From: Balanoglossus misakiensis | Lineage: Eukaryota > Animalia > Hemichordata | Direction: 5' to 3' | NCBI GenBank assembly: GCA_040954595.2 | Contig: CM082596.2 | Coordinates: 9,258,461 to 9,322,460, forward strand | Length of the DNA stretch: 64,000 bases | In this document: in pieces, positions 13,530 to 25,386 of the stretch | How the letters are laid out: the number at the start of each line of letters is the position of its first letter | Numbering within the stretch: the first letter of the stretch is position 1 | Program-made: the position numbers and the translations under genes | Notes under the pieces: model-generated | Databases searched by the model: none | What the model was told of the DNA's origin: nothing | What the model saw: the letters and a program-made list of their open reading frames with translations, nothing else

Positions 13530-14096
13530 ACATTGGGACGTTACATTTCTGATATTGATAGCTGACAAAAATTGGACCATGCACGTGAACTTCGACCCCG
13601 TCTGACGTAAAAAGTGGATCCAATAAGGTGACTCACACCTTTCATGGTGAAACACAATTTTGGAGCAGAGAACATCGATACCTGACGCAGCGTACTGTTT
13701 CAACAGCATTTGGCCATACAAATTTGACGTAGTAGCTATATCCGGATCAGTCAGTGTTTGTGAAGATGGGAGGGGGGAGGAGAACTATCAGTCATACAGT
13801 AATCGCTGTTTGACAACACCAGCAAATCTGACGGGTTTGAACATGTCTTATGCAACTAGCCTTGCAACTGGCATTCTCCAAAATATACAGACAGTGTGTC
13901 TACCACACACGACACAGTCGGACCAGACGATCCCTGGCCGGACCGGACAGAAAGGTGCGACTTGAGAGCCAGTTCACACGTACACACAAGAAATCACACT
14001 GGGTGCAAATATTAACATCATTGAACAAACGTATCATTGTTTTTATCCCGGGACCGAACAAACTGTTGACATTTCATTATTGACACAGACTCCACC

Positions 14097-14420
14097 AGGG
14101 AGCTGTATGGTGAATAAATACATATTAATAAGACCTAACCTATAAGGTCCTGTATAATGAGGCAGTGAACACATGGGGGACTAGACTAACACGTTAACCA
14201 ATCAGGGAGCTGTATGGTGAATAAATACATATTAATAAGACCTAACCTACAAGGTCCTGCATAATGAGGCAGTGAACACTGGAGGACCAGACCTACACAT
14301 TAACCAATCAGGGAGCTCTAAAGTGAATAATGCATAGTAATAAGACCTAAGCTACAAGGTCTAGTGAATAATACATAGTAATAAGACCTAACCTACAAGG
14401 TCCCTCCAATCAGCGAGCCG
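14097..14420. repeat. ~106-bp minisatellite, 3 copies
   Basis: cagggagct...accaat recurs at about 14097, 14203 and 14309. Confidence 0.85.
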
Positions 14421-14677
14421 CAAGTGGACCTAAGATTACCAGATCGACCAATCACAGATGTCGGTACTTATGTCTTGGACCTGACTTATGAAACAGGACT
14501 AATCGGACGCATGTTTACGTAATCTCCATCTGTGTTGATTCTGTATAAGCAGTAAACACTGCTAATTGCCCCGATATCTCCTTATCTGCGTTCTGTAAAC
14601 TGGAATATGTGTTCACGAGTTCGTAGCTGTGAAATTCACTACTCACTTTTCGAGGTCATGTCTGAAAACGTGAGTAA

Positions 14678-15415
14678 GGGAGCATTCTTTTTTTACAGGG
14701 AGGGGGGGGGGGGCCGGTGGAATTTGAGTCGCCGACTAAATGTAAAAGGCAACCCCCCCTGGAAATTACTTTTCTAAAATGTGACCCCCCCCCCAAAAAA
14801 AAAAGTTTATCCACCGGATTAAACTTATCATGGACACAGCGCTCCCATGAAAAGAATTTGAAACCGATGTTTCCCCCCATCAGTGGGTAGTAAAACTGAA
14901 CATTGTTTTTTTTGTTTTAGTATTTGTATTCTGTGTTGGGAGACATTGTAAACCGAGAATTGAAGGGGGTGGGTTTGGGAGGGGGTGTCCCCCTCCCACG
15001 TAAGAAATTTTTATAAAATACAGAGCTCAAAGCTGCATTTTAATGAACCCAGCAAAAGCAAATTAACGTCGCCGCTCAAAGTTATCATGGGGTGGGAGCA
15101 AGTCCCCTGACCTGGGACACTAGATAAACCAGTCAATGATTGTAAGGTGTTGATGAATGGAGGGGGTGGGTGTGGGAGGGGGTGTCCCCCTCCCACATTA
15201 GAAAATTTTGTAAAATAAAGGACGCGAAACTGCATTTTTGTGGACTCAAAATAAATATTTAGCCGTCAAAGTTTTCAAGTCCCCCCCTTTCAGTCCCTAT
15301 ATAATAATCCCTTGATTATAAAATTTGTCCCCCCCTAAAAACTGCTTTGTAAAAGTAAACCCCCCCCCCTGATTTCCACCGCCCCCCCCCCTCCCTGTAA
15401 AAAACGAATGCTCCC
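14678..15415. mobile_element. PIF/Harbinger-type MITE
   Basis: TIRs gggagcattc...gaatgctccc with G/C-rich subterminal tracts; TAA on both flanks. Confidence 0.8.
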
Positions 15416-15980
15416 TAATCAAATCGACGTAAAAATGCAAATCTTTCTTCTACTACTGCCATCACGAAAAAAAATTTTGGTCATACAATTTCACAGGATT
15501 CTCCGACCAAAGATTCTTTGGCCCCGAAATGAGTAGTTTGACTCGTCTTCCTGAAAAGAAAAGTGCTTCATGTTCACGGTGATTATGCCCACCGATGTCC
15601 GACATAAGGTAACCAGGGCAAGATACAAAGATTGGACGATGGAAATTACGCACAACTTTGCGCCTTGTTGCAGCATTTCGTCAGCCCCTAAGCCGTTTTG
15701 GGCTCCGAAGTGTTTACACGAGGTGACTTTGGAATTGGGAATCAACTTCTTCCGGTGTCAACTTCCGTCCGTCAACCTGTCAAGAATGCATACCAATTTT
15801 CTGCTGGGCGTGTGTAGCTTTATGTTTTTGGCGGTGGTGTGTAGCTTTGAGGTATTGAGGAAGAGTTGGAACAGTGACAGAAATCGGAACGGATTAGCCA
15901 CTGTGTTTTCACTACCCGCTCGCCAAATCGCAAATGCGAGAAAAAAGTTGTGTTTGGCGAGACGATTTTCATACAAATTA

Positions 15981-17076
15981 GGAACCGTTCAGTTTTTACG
16001 GCCGGGGGGGGGGCGGCAAGTTTGTGTCATCGGTTTTCAAAATCAGGCCGACCCCCCCTTCACCCAGGACCAAAAAATGATGACCCCCCCTTTGACAGAC
16101 CCAAAAATAATGATGACCCCCCCCCAACGCCGAAAACATTCGCCGTCCTGATCCTATGTACACTGTATGCAATAAAGGGAATGAGGGTCCTCACACCTAA
16201 ATTATAAATTTCTTAAAGTATTATTGAAGTATAGAATAGTATATCGTTGGAATCAAGAAATCTATGAACAAATTAAAATCACAAGTCAATACAATAGTTG
16301 CTAGTAAGAATTGTTAAAACAAGACGGGGGTGGGTGTGGGATGGGGTGTCCCCCTCCCACATAAGAAAATTTTGTGAAATACGGTGCTCAAAGTTGCGTT
16401 TTAATGAACTCAAAAGCAAATTAACTCAATGTTAGGCAGGACAAATTTTGCTTTTGCCACTCCACTCAAAGTAAGCATCGGGGTGGGGTGGGAAGAAGTC
16501 TGCCCTTGTACACTAGACAAACCAGCGAATAAATGATATGTTGCGAAGAATGGAGAAGGTGGGTGTGGGAGGGGGTGTGAAATATGTAGCTCAAAGTTGC
16601 ATTTTTATGAACTCAAAAGCAAAGTCATCTCAATGTTTGGGAGGACCAATTTTACTTTTTGCCATTCCACTCAAAGTTAGAAGATTTGGCGTCATCTTCG
16701 TCATGACATCATTTATAAAACTTCCAGCATATAGAAGATGCAGCACGAAACTATCAGTGATGCGAAATGGTTTAAACGATTATTCTCCTTTATGTATTTA
16801 CTTTGTTAAATATTATCATCAGTGGGGTTGGGGTGGCAAGCACTCTGCCCTGGTACACTAGACAAACCAGCAAAAATCGAAATGTGGCAGAGAATGTAGG
16901 GGGTGGGTGTGAATTTTAGAATTTTTTGTAAAATAAAGGGCGCGAATTTTGTGGACTCAAAAGCAAAAGTTTGGTGGCAAAAGTATGTGACCCCCACCCT
17001 AAACGTTTAAAAAAAAACAGATGACCCCCCCCCCCCTGCATTTTGCCGCCCCCGGCCGTAAAAACTAAACGGTCCC
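15981..17076. mobile_element. PIF/Harbinger-type MITE
   Basis: TIRs ggaaccgttcagtttttacggccggggg / cccccggccgtaaaaactaaacggtccc. Flanks are TTA and TAA (TWA-type, not identical). Confidence 0.75.
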
Positions 17077-17172
17077 TAAGATACAAAATCTGAGAGGGAA
17101 ATGACAATATATTTGTGTGAGGCCATTTTTGTGTGCGGTCCATTTTTAAGACTAAATTTAAAACAGTTATTA

Positions 17173-17722
17173 GGGACCGTTCAGTTTTTTACGGCCGGTG
17201 GGGGGGGGGGGGGAGCGGCAAGATTGTGTCATCGGTTTTCAAAATCAGGCCGACCCCCCTTCCCCCAGGACAAAAATGATGACCCCCCCTTTCACAGACC
17301 AAAAAAATATGATGACCCCCCACGCCGAAAACATGCGCCGTTCTGATACTATGCACACTGTATGCAATAAAGGGAATGAGGCTCCTCACACCTCAATTAT
17401 AAATTTCTTCAAGTAATTGAAGTTGTAATAAAGAAATCTATGAACAAATTAAAATGACAAGTCAATACAATAGTTGCTAGAATTGGTAAAACAAGAAAAG
17501 TGTGGGTGGGTGGGTGTGGGAGGGGGTGTCCCCCTCCTACATAAGAACATTTTGTAAAATACGGTGCTAAAAAGAACTCAAAAGCAAATTAACTCAATGT
17601 TAGGGAGGACAAATTTTAATTTTGCCACTCCACTTAAAGTAAGCATCGGGGTGAGGTGGCAAGAAGTCTGCCCTGGTACACTAGACAAAGAAGCGAATAA
17701 ATGCAATGTGGCGAAGAATGCA
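17173..17722. mobile_element. Truncated second copy of the 15981-17076 MITE family
   Basis: Same left TIR after TTA, colinear with 15981-16550; no right TIR. Confidence 0.75.
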
Positions 17723-20059
17723 GTACGTGCCACTGTATCACCTAGATAAGAAGTAGAATAAAGGGTGATTGTTTACAAACAGAACGTAGTCGGCAAAGTA
17801 CACGCCAGTGCAATTGGGTCAGGGCTATGCCCTAAATTTTGAAATAAAGGCATTCTGAACAGTGACACAAAGTGAAATCTTCTCGCGAACGTTGTGTTTC
17901 CCTCGAGGTGGGACAGGACTTGCAGTAACTTAACACTTTCGTCGTTGCTGGCTTTGAGTTTCAGTCGTGACTGTATCATGGTGGAATGCATGGAGTACGC
18001 CGAGTGTAAATTATAAAGGAGTCTTCGTATTTATGAAACAATAAAAGAATCCCAACCTTATCACAAGTCCACAGAACAACGATCACTAGTGCATTTCGAG
18101 TCGGCGCTAATAGAGGGCGCCCTGTTCAGCCCTCTTTCTCATCAACGATGATGCCGCGGAGTATTTATTGTAGAAGTTTCGTTTTTTTTCGTTTAAAAAC
18201 TAACGTTGAGTTTGTTTTAACAATTTTAAATGCATGCACAGAAAATGTACATGTTCAGATGAAGGGTCACTCATGAACGATACATTTCATCATGATAAAC
18301 TTCAAACATACTTTTCTCATCAATGATTCTCGCTATTCACTTAATGCTATGGGGTCAAACGACAAGACAGTCACTGCATGCGGGTACAAACAACACCGAG
18401 CGATCACTGTAGTCTGAAGAGTTTGAGGAAATGATTGTTAGCTTGCTCTTTGAGTCAAAAGTTATGTTTTCGTAGTCACCAGCTTGATTACATCTTTTTT
18501 GGCGAATGAACTTCCATTTGTTAAAAACGACAGAAATCATCCACCGCGAACTCTGTCTGTTTTGTGAGAGGTTTCTCACTCAGATATGTAACGGAAATGT
18601 ATTTAAGATAGTGAGAATTGTAAATATTCTGAAAATAAAACAAATCACGGGAAGAGTACAGCTAGTGTGTACGTGTGTCCTCAGACACAATTTCAATTTG
18701 CGCACTCTATTCCATGTTCCTCCGTCCTAAAATAAATGCCTATAATAACAAGTGCATCTACGTTCGAATTCGAGTTGAAGGAAATGTCCCCTTTTGCTGG
18801 TATGACAATGTGCAGCATAGATCTAAGAACCGGATCGACAACCCGGATTACAAACTTCACCGGACTGTGAAGCACTAAACTCAAGAAATTTATGGCATGC
18901 GCAATCTACGCCTCTTGTACTGTGAAATATACACGCATGTTTTGAACACAAAATCAGTTCAATGAATATATACAATCACTCAAAGTTGCCGCAGGTCTTT
19001 GACACACAATGTGCCATCAGTAATAAAGAGTCACTTTCGTTTATTTCACCAAAACTACAATAAATTTGGTATCTTATTGTACGACAGGTCTTAACAAACA
19101 CTATTTATCTCACGAATTGTTTCGCTTTCTTCAGAAGAATCATTTGATTTGAGTCGTCGTTGCGTGGGTGCGTGTATTCAATCTCAAGACCTACGCCGGG
19201 GTTGGGATACCTTAAATTCCCAAGTGTTTATGAAAAGAATTGATATCTCTCTTCTCCCACCTCCCACCGTCCCTCGCCCACGATCTGCACACCGACGCAA
19301 AAAGGATTTAGTAAATGTTAAAGACCTCCCTTATGACAGCTTTGTGAAGACTCGGCGAAATAGATCAGTCGGTAATCAGTGTACCCATAAGAGAAAACCT
19401 TACTCTTTTATAGTTCTCTCCCAACCGGGTACCTTACCCCAAAAAGACAAACCCTCTGCAATCGTTCACTCTAAATTTTAGCTTCTCTTCAATTTCACCG
19501 CCTTTTGACGACTGCTTTTATGTTTAGTCACGTCACGTCACGTCACGTGCATCGCCGCTTTCTATTAAAAACAACACTTTCCACTATCTATTAGCTATTA
19601 CCCTTTGTAGCTCAGACGAGGCAGTGTATTTTATATGGCTTTCGTTCACATGCCATATAATCCACCGTCTAAACAGTGCTGCTTCTCCAAAGCTACATGC
19701 ATATGCCCTATACTATCACATCAGTCATATCTAGGCTAAACAATCTAAGCTTGGGGACCAGCACTGATCAACGAATCGATCGATGGGGAATCAAGACCAC
19801 TTTCTTCTATCCACCCAAACACCTCAATTCGTTGAACGTCAACATTTACATGGATGTGAAGAGATAGACATAGCACATATTACTGGCGAGACAGTCACTT
19901 TTACTCAAACCGTTGCCAGTTTCGGTTCTCTTCTGGAGAAGCCGAAATTGTGGGCATATCACACATACATAACATTATTGCAACAGAACTGCATTATATG
20001 ACACATATATAGACATTCCACACAAAGCAACGTCCGATTGACAAGACATTCAACTTGTT

Positions 20060-20472
20060 AGGGGGAGCACACATTCTCACACTCCTGGCACGCTGGGAGT
20101 GTGAGAACAGAGTGTAAGAACAAATTGTTCTCACACTCTCACTGAATCGAAAGCTGTATATCACGCGAGCGCTGATTTGTTGACAAAGCGTTCTTTTGCT
20201 ACGCGCGCTAAAAGTTATCCAATGGCGCGATGTGTATTACAGGGACAGAGACTACAAAGTGCCCCCAGACGACAGTTCCAGCGTCATTTATTCAATGTTT
20301 TTAACGAATTTGGCTAATTTGTGACCGTGTGAGAAAAATAATCTCACACACCATGGACCTGGGATCATATTTCTCACACTTGTCGGGAATATTCTGTCCC
20401 ACACCCGCCTGCGGCAGAAAATCCCCAACTCGTGTGAGAAATATAATCCCAGGTCCTTGGGAGTGTAAGATT
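20060..20472. mobile_element. Short non-coding element ending in a long imperfect palindrome (Crypton-like non-autonomous element?)
   Basis: 20340-20472 folds back (ggacctgggat...tatttctcacac / gtgtgagaaatataatcccaggtcc); ttctcacac motif repeated at the left end. Confidence 0.5.
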
Positions 20473-20851
20473 CTATGAGTCTTATATAGTGACTTCTGTC
20501 AGTTATATCGTGAAAAATAATCAGAAAAATGTCATGCTGGAAAGAAACATGGCGATTCCACCAAGATCAAAAATAACGATTTATAATGTCAAACATGTCC
20601 TTGGTGGTCAGTGAAAGGACCTTCCTAAATTGAACGTTATCGACAGGTTCATGGCCTTTATAGTCATGTGACAAAGTGGCCATTATCAACGTTAGATGTG
20701 GCCACTAATACCTATTTCTAGTGTACAGCACAATAACCCCAAAAATGACACCTCGCCTATACACAGGGGAATGCTTCTCATAATCACAAGGTGTCCATTC
20801 TCCATCACTTTTTCCATTCTCCATGGCTACGGTGACAAAAATGACACTGAC

Positions 20852-23800
20852 CTTTTGATGAGACGCATTGGCATATTCCATCATGTGTCCCTCCACTGTC
20901 TTTTTAAACTGCAACCCATTTGATGCCCTGTTGACGCTGTAAGTGGCCTCATGCTGTTCTCAGCCTATCTTACCTCGAAACACACTTTTTAGGATAAATA
21001 ATAATTGGGCTTGTGTGTTAAATGCTGGTGTCATTTTACTTATTTCATATGGATAAATAAATGTTAAATTTAAAAATGTTCAGGGCCTGAGAAAAAAATT
21101 TTGTTTAGGCCACGCCCATTTCCGTGACGTCACAAGAGGAACCCATTTACCTTTGCAACAGACTTAACACTGTACATTGCAGTGGTTGAATTGCAATCAT
21201 ACATGTCTGTGATCTAAACGGCTTTGCTGGGTTAGCCTCGGTACAACTCTGGATCCCCCGTTCCCTTCAAAATAAACGTACATATATGCCTTATCATCTA
21301 GGGGAGATGCGATTATGAAAAAAACCCGACTCGGCCCGGTTAGGCTACGGCTACGCATAGCAAGCAGTACACAACATGCAATGGCAGCGGATGCATGTGT
21401 ATAGGCACCTTACACATACAATGATTGCTGCCTCGATTAAACCGTGGAATATTGCCCAGAGGTTTAGGTCTAGAGTGTTGGGTCTAAATCTACTTATCTT
21501 GGACAATGTCAACTTATTGATAACTGATCGTGGTCTTTTGGCGATTTTCGATGACTGCCTCAACAGACAAAATACGCGTGTGTTATTGTACAAGGCCAAG
21601 GGAACTCCATCAGCACCGATCGGCAGCGATGACACATATCGCGCCACGATGTATATTTACTACCAGCACTAAAATTCTGTCTTCTTAATTACATGTAAGC
21701 TATGCCTTTTTGGTGATGACAAACAGAAACATTTATGACTTGTCGCTGTAATCATGGAATTTCCTTGACATGCTTCATACTGCATTATAACGAAATGAAA
21801 CCATACAGCCAACAGCAACAGGCGATCATGCCAGACCGACCCACTCACGCTCACAAAGCATGAAACATTTTCATTGATACACACGAATATCTAAGTTTGG
21901 AAACAGTTTTCACTCACACGAGGCAAAATTTATTCAACACATTTTGGACATAGTGCGACGTAAAACTTGTAAACAAAGAAATTAGAAAAGAAAGATGGCG
22001 ACCATTCAGCCGAAGCCATACAAAGATACGACTGGAGAAAAAAAACGTGAAAAAGTAACGGTAATATTTTGAACGTTCAAGTTTTTACATCGATTGCTGT
22101 CAACCTTAATTATCGAAGTTTGCGGTCACTGGGTACTGGTTAGCCAGACGGAAGCGTGAATAATAATAAACAATATTAACATGATGATGGCCAATGCAAA
22201 ATTGTGTTTACGCATCCTGCCAGTTCACCTACTACTACTTGTCTACAGTACTGTGTAAATCGCGGTCGCTGGAACATATTGTATGAACACCAATACCGGG
22301 TATAAACGATCTGTTGGTCGACCTCTCCTGCTGACAGGCTTCTATTTTCCTGTATGGGTGCGGATTGTCTTCTCGTGATTCGAACCTGGCCGATTATCGT
22401 TCAGCGGTCATGCATTGACAGTTACGGCCGCGGCCGTCACCGGCGCCGCGCCGGCTTCATATCCACCGTACGATGTTGATGATCGTGGCATAGACTTTCA
22501 TTCGTTTTTGTGGAACTCACACGGGTGACTCCCGTCTAGGTAATGTGTTGCTGCAACCACGGCAAACAACTCCTTTTCCCATTGTGGTATTACACAGAAA
22601 AGCACGAAAACACCTGTGAGCGTCGCTAAAGCTGGTCTACCTGACGGGTTCCTCTTGTGACGTCACGTCACGTGACCAGAATGCAGCAAATCTGAACCCG
22701 GACTTTTCAGGACGGGGTGGTTTTTGAAGCATTTTATGAGAACAAAACAAATATTATAGAAATCGATACCCGAAAAATATTGTCACTTTTGGAAAATAGT
22801 ACATTTCTTTGAACATTTTTTAACCTTCTGATAAGATTTAAAAAGGCAAGATATGCTCTTTAAGGAACATTTACAGTTTAGTTCGGCTTTAATTCAGTGT
22901 AAAATACGATGTCTTGCTGTATTCCAGATTTCATGCTAATCTATACCCAGTACCCCGCTAGTCAAGATAGTGACAAATAATATTTGTACGGTCCTCACCA
23001 ATGTTTGAAAATTTACTATGGTTACACTACGATAAGCGTTTCCAGTTAAGTACGCCTTTTTATTTAGAACCATCGGGGGAAACGTGTGTAATAACCATTG
23101 TTATTTGTTGACAAGTGAATTTCTAGTTCGGACTTGAATTCGAAATTCGACTGTACACATATATATGATGTGTTGATTAATAAAATGCTAAACATTTAGT
23201 CATATTCCGACAATTTGTAGAATCTAAAGTACATACGCAAAACAAAAATACTGAAAAACTGAAAACATAGGGAAAAGTAGCAAGGCCAGAGAGAAAGAAA
23301 TCTTGTTCATCGGATTTTTTGGACCAAGTTCCAGGAGCGGCGAGCGAATATTTTTTTTTTTTTTTTTTAGGCTGAAGGTAAATGCGGTTCTCTGGCATAT
23401 TTGCACAGATGCAGACAGGGCGAGATAATTGTTTCCCTCTTTACCAGAAATATCTCAGACAAAAACACTGATACATGGACTTGTAACTGAATTCAATACT
23501 ATATTTCCCAACAATAACATAGGCAATTAACTTTACTGTTGGTGTTTTCACAACATATTCTGGCCACCAGCGGCAGTGCTTAAAAAATTTGTAACACGGA
23601 AGTGGAATATTTGCCGAGATCCAAAAAATAAATAAAATTTCCAAATCAGCCAAAGTAGAAGAGGCGATTCCGATGAACAATTTATTTTTTCTTCCTGGCC
23701 TAATGGAGCTTTAAGCTTAAACGACAGAATCAATCTAATCCTCACACTGATCAACACGGAAAGCAAAGAGGGGGCATATAAAGTGGGCGCCAACCTTGAT

Positions 23801-24405
23801 GCCCCGTTTCGTTCACTTGGTAGGACCAAGGTGCACCTTTAGCCAGGGTGGATTCTGTAGAATGCAATTTTGCCGAAAGCGAACCGATGAGTAGTTTCTT
23901 CAACACGACTACTTCATGTTTAGCTTGACCGTCATAGAACACTGCAACAATCTCGCCGTTCTTGGTCGCCAGAAACGAAAACCTGTTGGGATGAAATACA
24001 TTTTGGTATTAGTATCAGGCTAAAACTATGGTCCTGGAGAGTGTAATGTCGATATAAAATATTTCAATCGATAGTATTGAAAACGAAGGAACGGAATTGT
24101 TACTTACCAGCTAGAAAAGTCTCCTTGAGTGTAGGTAGCCGATACATCTACTGTCGAAACAGCAAGATATGGTGAAATAGTGCGCAATAGTAATTTTAAA
24201 CATTTCTTTATGATAACAAAATTAATTTAAACTTGCAAACATTTATGCTCAAATGATATTTTTGTAGCACTATCTCTCAATAGACGTACGTACGTACGTA
24301 TGTATGTCTGACCGGTTTCTATAATTGCAAGTATATCAGTCTATATGTCCGGCCGATGCACGGCTGCACGCCCTGTCTTTCCGTTTGTTTGTTTGTTTAT
24401 CTATC

Positions 24406-24440
<35 letters not shown>

Positions 24441-24500
24441 GCTTCCATGTTGATCGGTCGGTCGGTCGATATCTATGTAACTATCTATCTACAATGTACT

Positions 24501-24564
<64 letters not shown>

Positions 24565-25386
24565 GAATGAAGTGGTCAAGAAGCACCAACTCTTGGACAC
24601 AATGTTCTTCAATGCAAACTAATTTTATTTCCGACGTTTCGTGGGATTAATCCCACTTCATCAGGGTAAAAACTGAAATAAACGAGACAAAGCGTAAAAG
24701 TAACAAATAAATGATATAAAATGGTGTAAAATAAGAGGTTTAAACTAAAATACGCCCAAAATGAATAGGAGGTAAAGGAACACGTACTCACTTGCCGAGA
24801 GCCAAAGTGGAACTGACAGAGGTTTTGAATGTATGATAGGTGTTACGTAAGACTGACCAGTTGGGGATGATTTACATAAAATGCTATCTATCTATCTATA
24901 TATCTATCTATCTTTATTTATTTCCACTAACTCACCCACCTTTCCATCCATCCACCCATCCATCAATACAATAATTACCTCTGTCCGTGGCACTTAATTA
25001 GATATTAATATATAAAATATATCACCCAAACGTAACCTTATAAAGTTTGGTGTGTAAATATTATGGCATAAGTGTGTACAGTAAGCGTTGTCATTTATCA
25101 CTGAATATACTTCCGTACCCGGATAAATAAGCAGCTGGAGTACAACTCACTCGAATATCACTCAAACATGACATGTATATGTAAGACCACAAACCAAGGT
25201 CAAGAATACACATACTGCGTAACGTACCTCGGCGCTTGTATCGATCACTCCGGCGCTGTGTGACTCGGTGGTGGCTTCATACTCGTAAGTGTAGATAACC
25301 CCTGGGTGATATCGTACAAGTCCGAAACTACAGTGAAAAAGGACCAAAAGGAGCCCCCAAACTCGCAAGTACACTGTTAACAACAT
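20852..25386 (-). CDS. N-terminal exons of a secreted large-lipid-transfer (Vitellogenin_N/LLTP-like) protein; partial, possibly damaged
   Basis: Exon 25386-25228 has a signal peptide plus YHPGVIYTYEY and a GT donor. Exons 24150-24108 and 23982-23795 join in phase (DFSSW-FSFLATKNGEIVAVFY...LKKLLIGSLS...VNETG). Probable exon about 20953-20852. The exon linking the first two was not resolved. Confidence 0.55.
20961..22863. mobile_element. Kolobok-like non-autonomous DNA element with a damaged left end
   Basis: Right end ...aagatatgctcTTTAA; internal inverted pair tgacgtcacaagaggaaccc (about 21125) / gggttcctcttgtgacgtca (about 22646). Left end only partly matches. Confidence 0.4.
24405..24563. 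repeat. (CTGT)n and (CTAT)n microsatellites
   Basis: Direct inspection. Confidence 0.9.
24631..24666 (-). ncRNA. Minimal hammerhead ribozyme of the Penelope pLTR type
   Basis: Minus strand CC-CTGATGA-A-GTGGGA-TTAA-TCCCAC-GAAAC-GTC-GG: both catalytic boxes, perfect 6-bp stem II, palindromic ACGT stem III, GUC cleavage triplet. Confidence 0.8.

Noticed and set aside
15570-16151. 193-aa ORF
   Set aside because: Runs across a MITE boundary; no domain recognised.
17773-19900. Further coding exons (ORFs 17773-17991 and 18693-18884, frame near 19750-19870)
   Set aside because: Protein-like text but no recognisable motif or convincing splice chain.
22370-22460. tRNA or tRNA-derived SINE (GGTTCGAATC on minus)
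   Set aside because: B-box only; no A-box or cloverleaf seen.
24792-24855. Exon of the LLTP-like gene
   Set aside because: The donor lies inside the Penelope-like insert, and no phase-compatible join was established.
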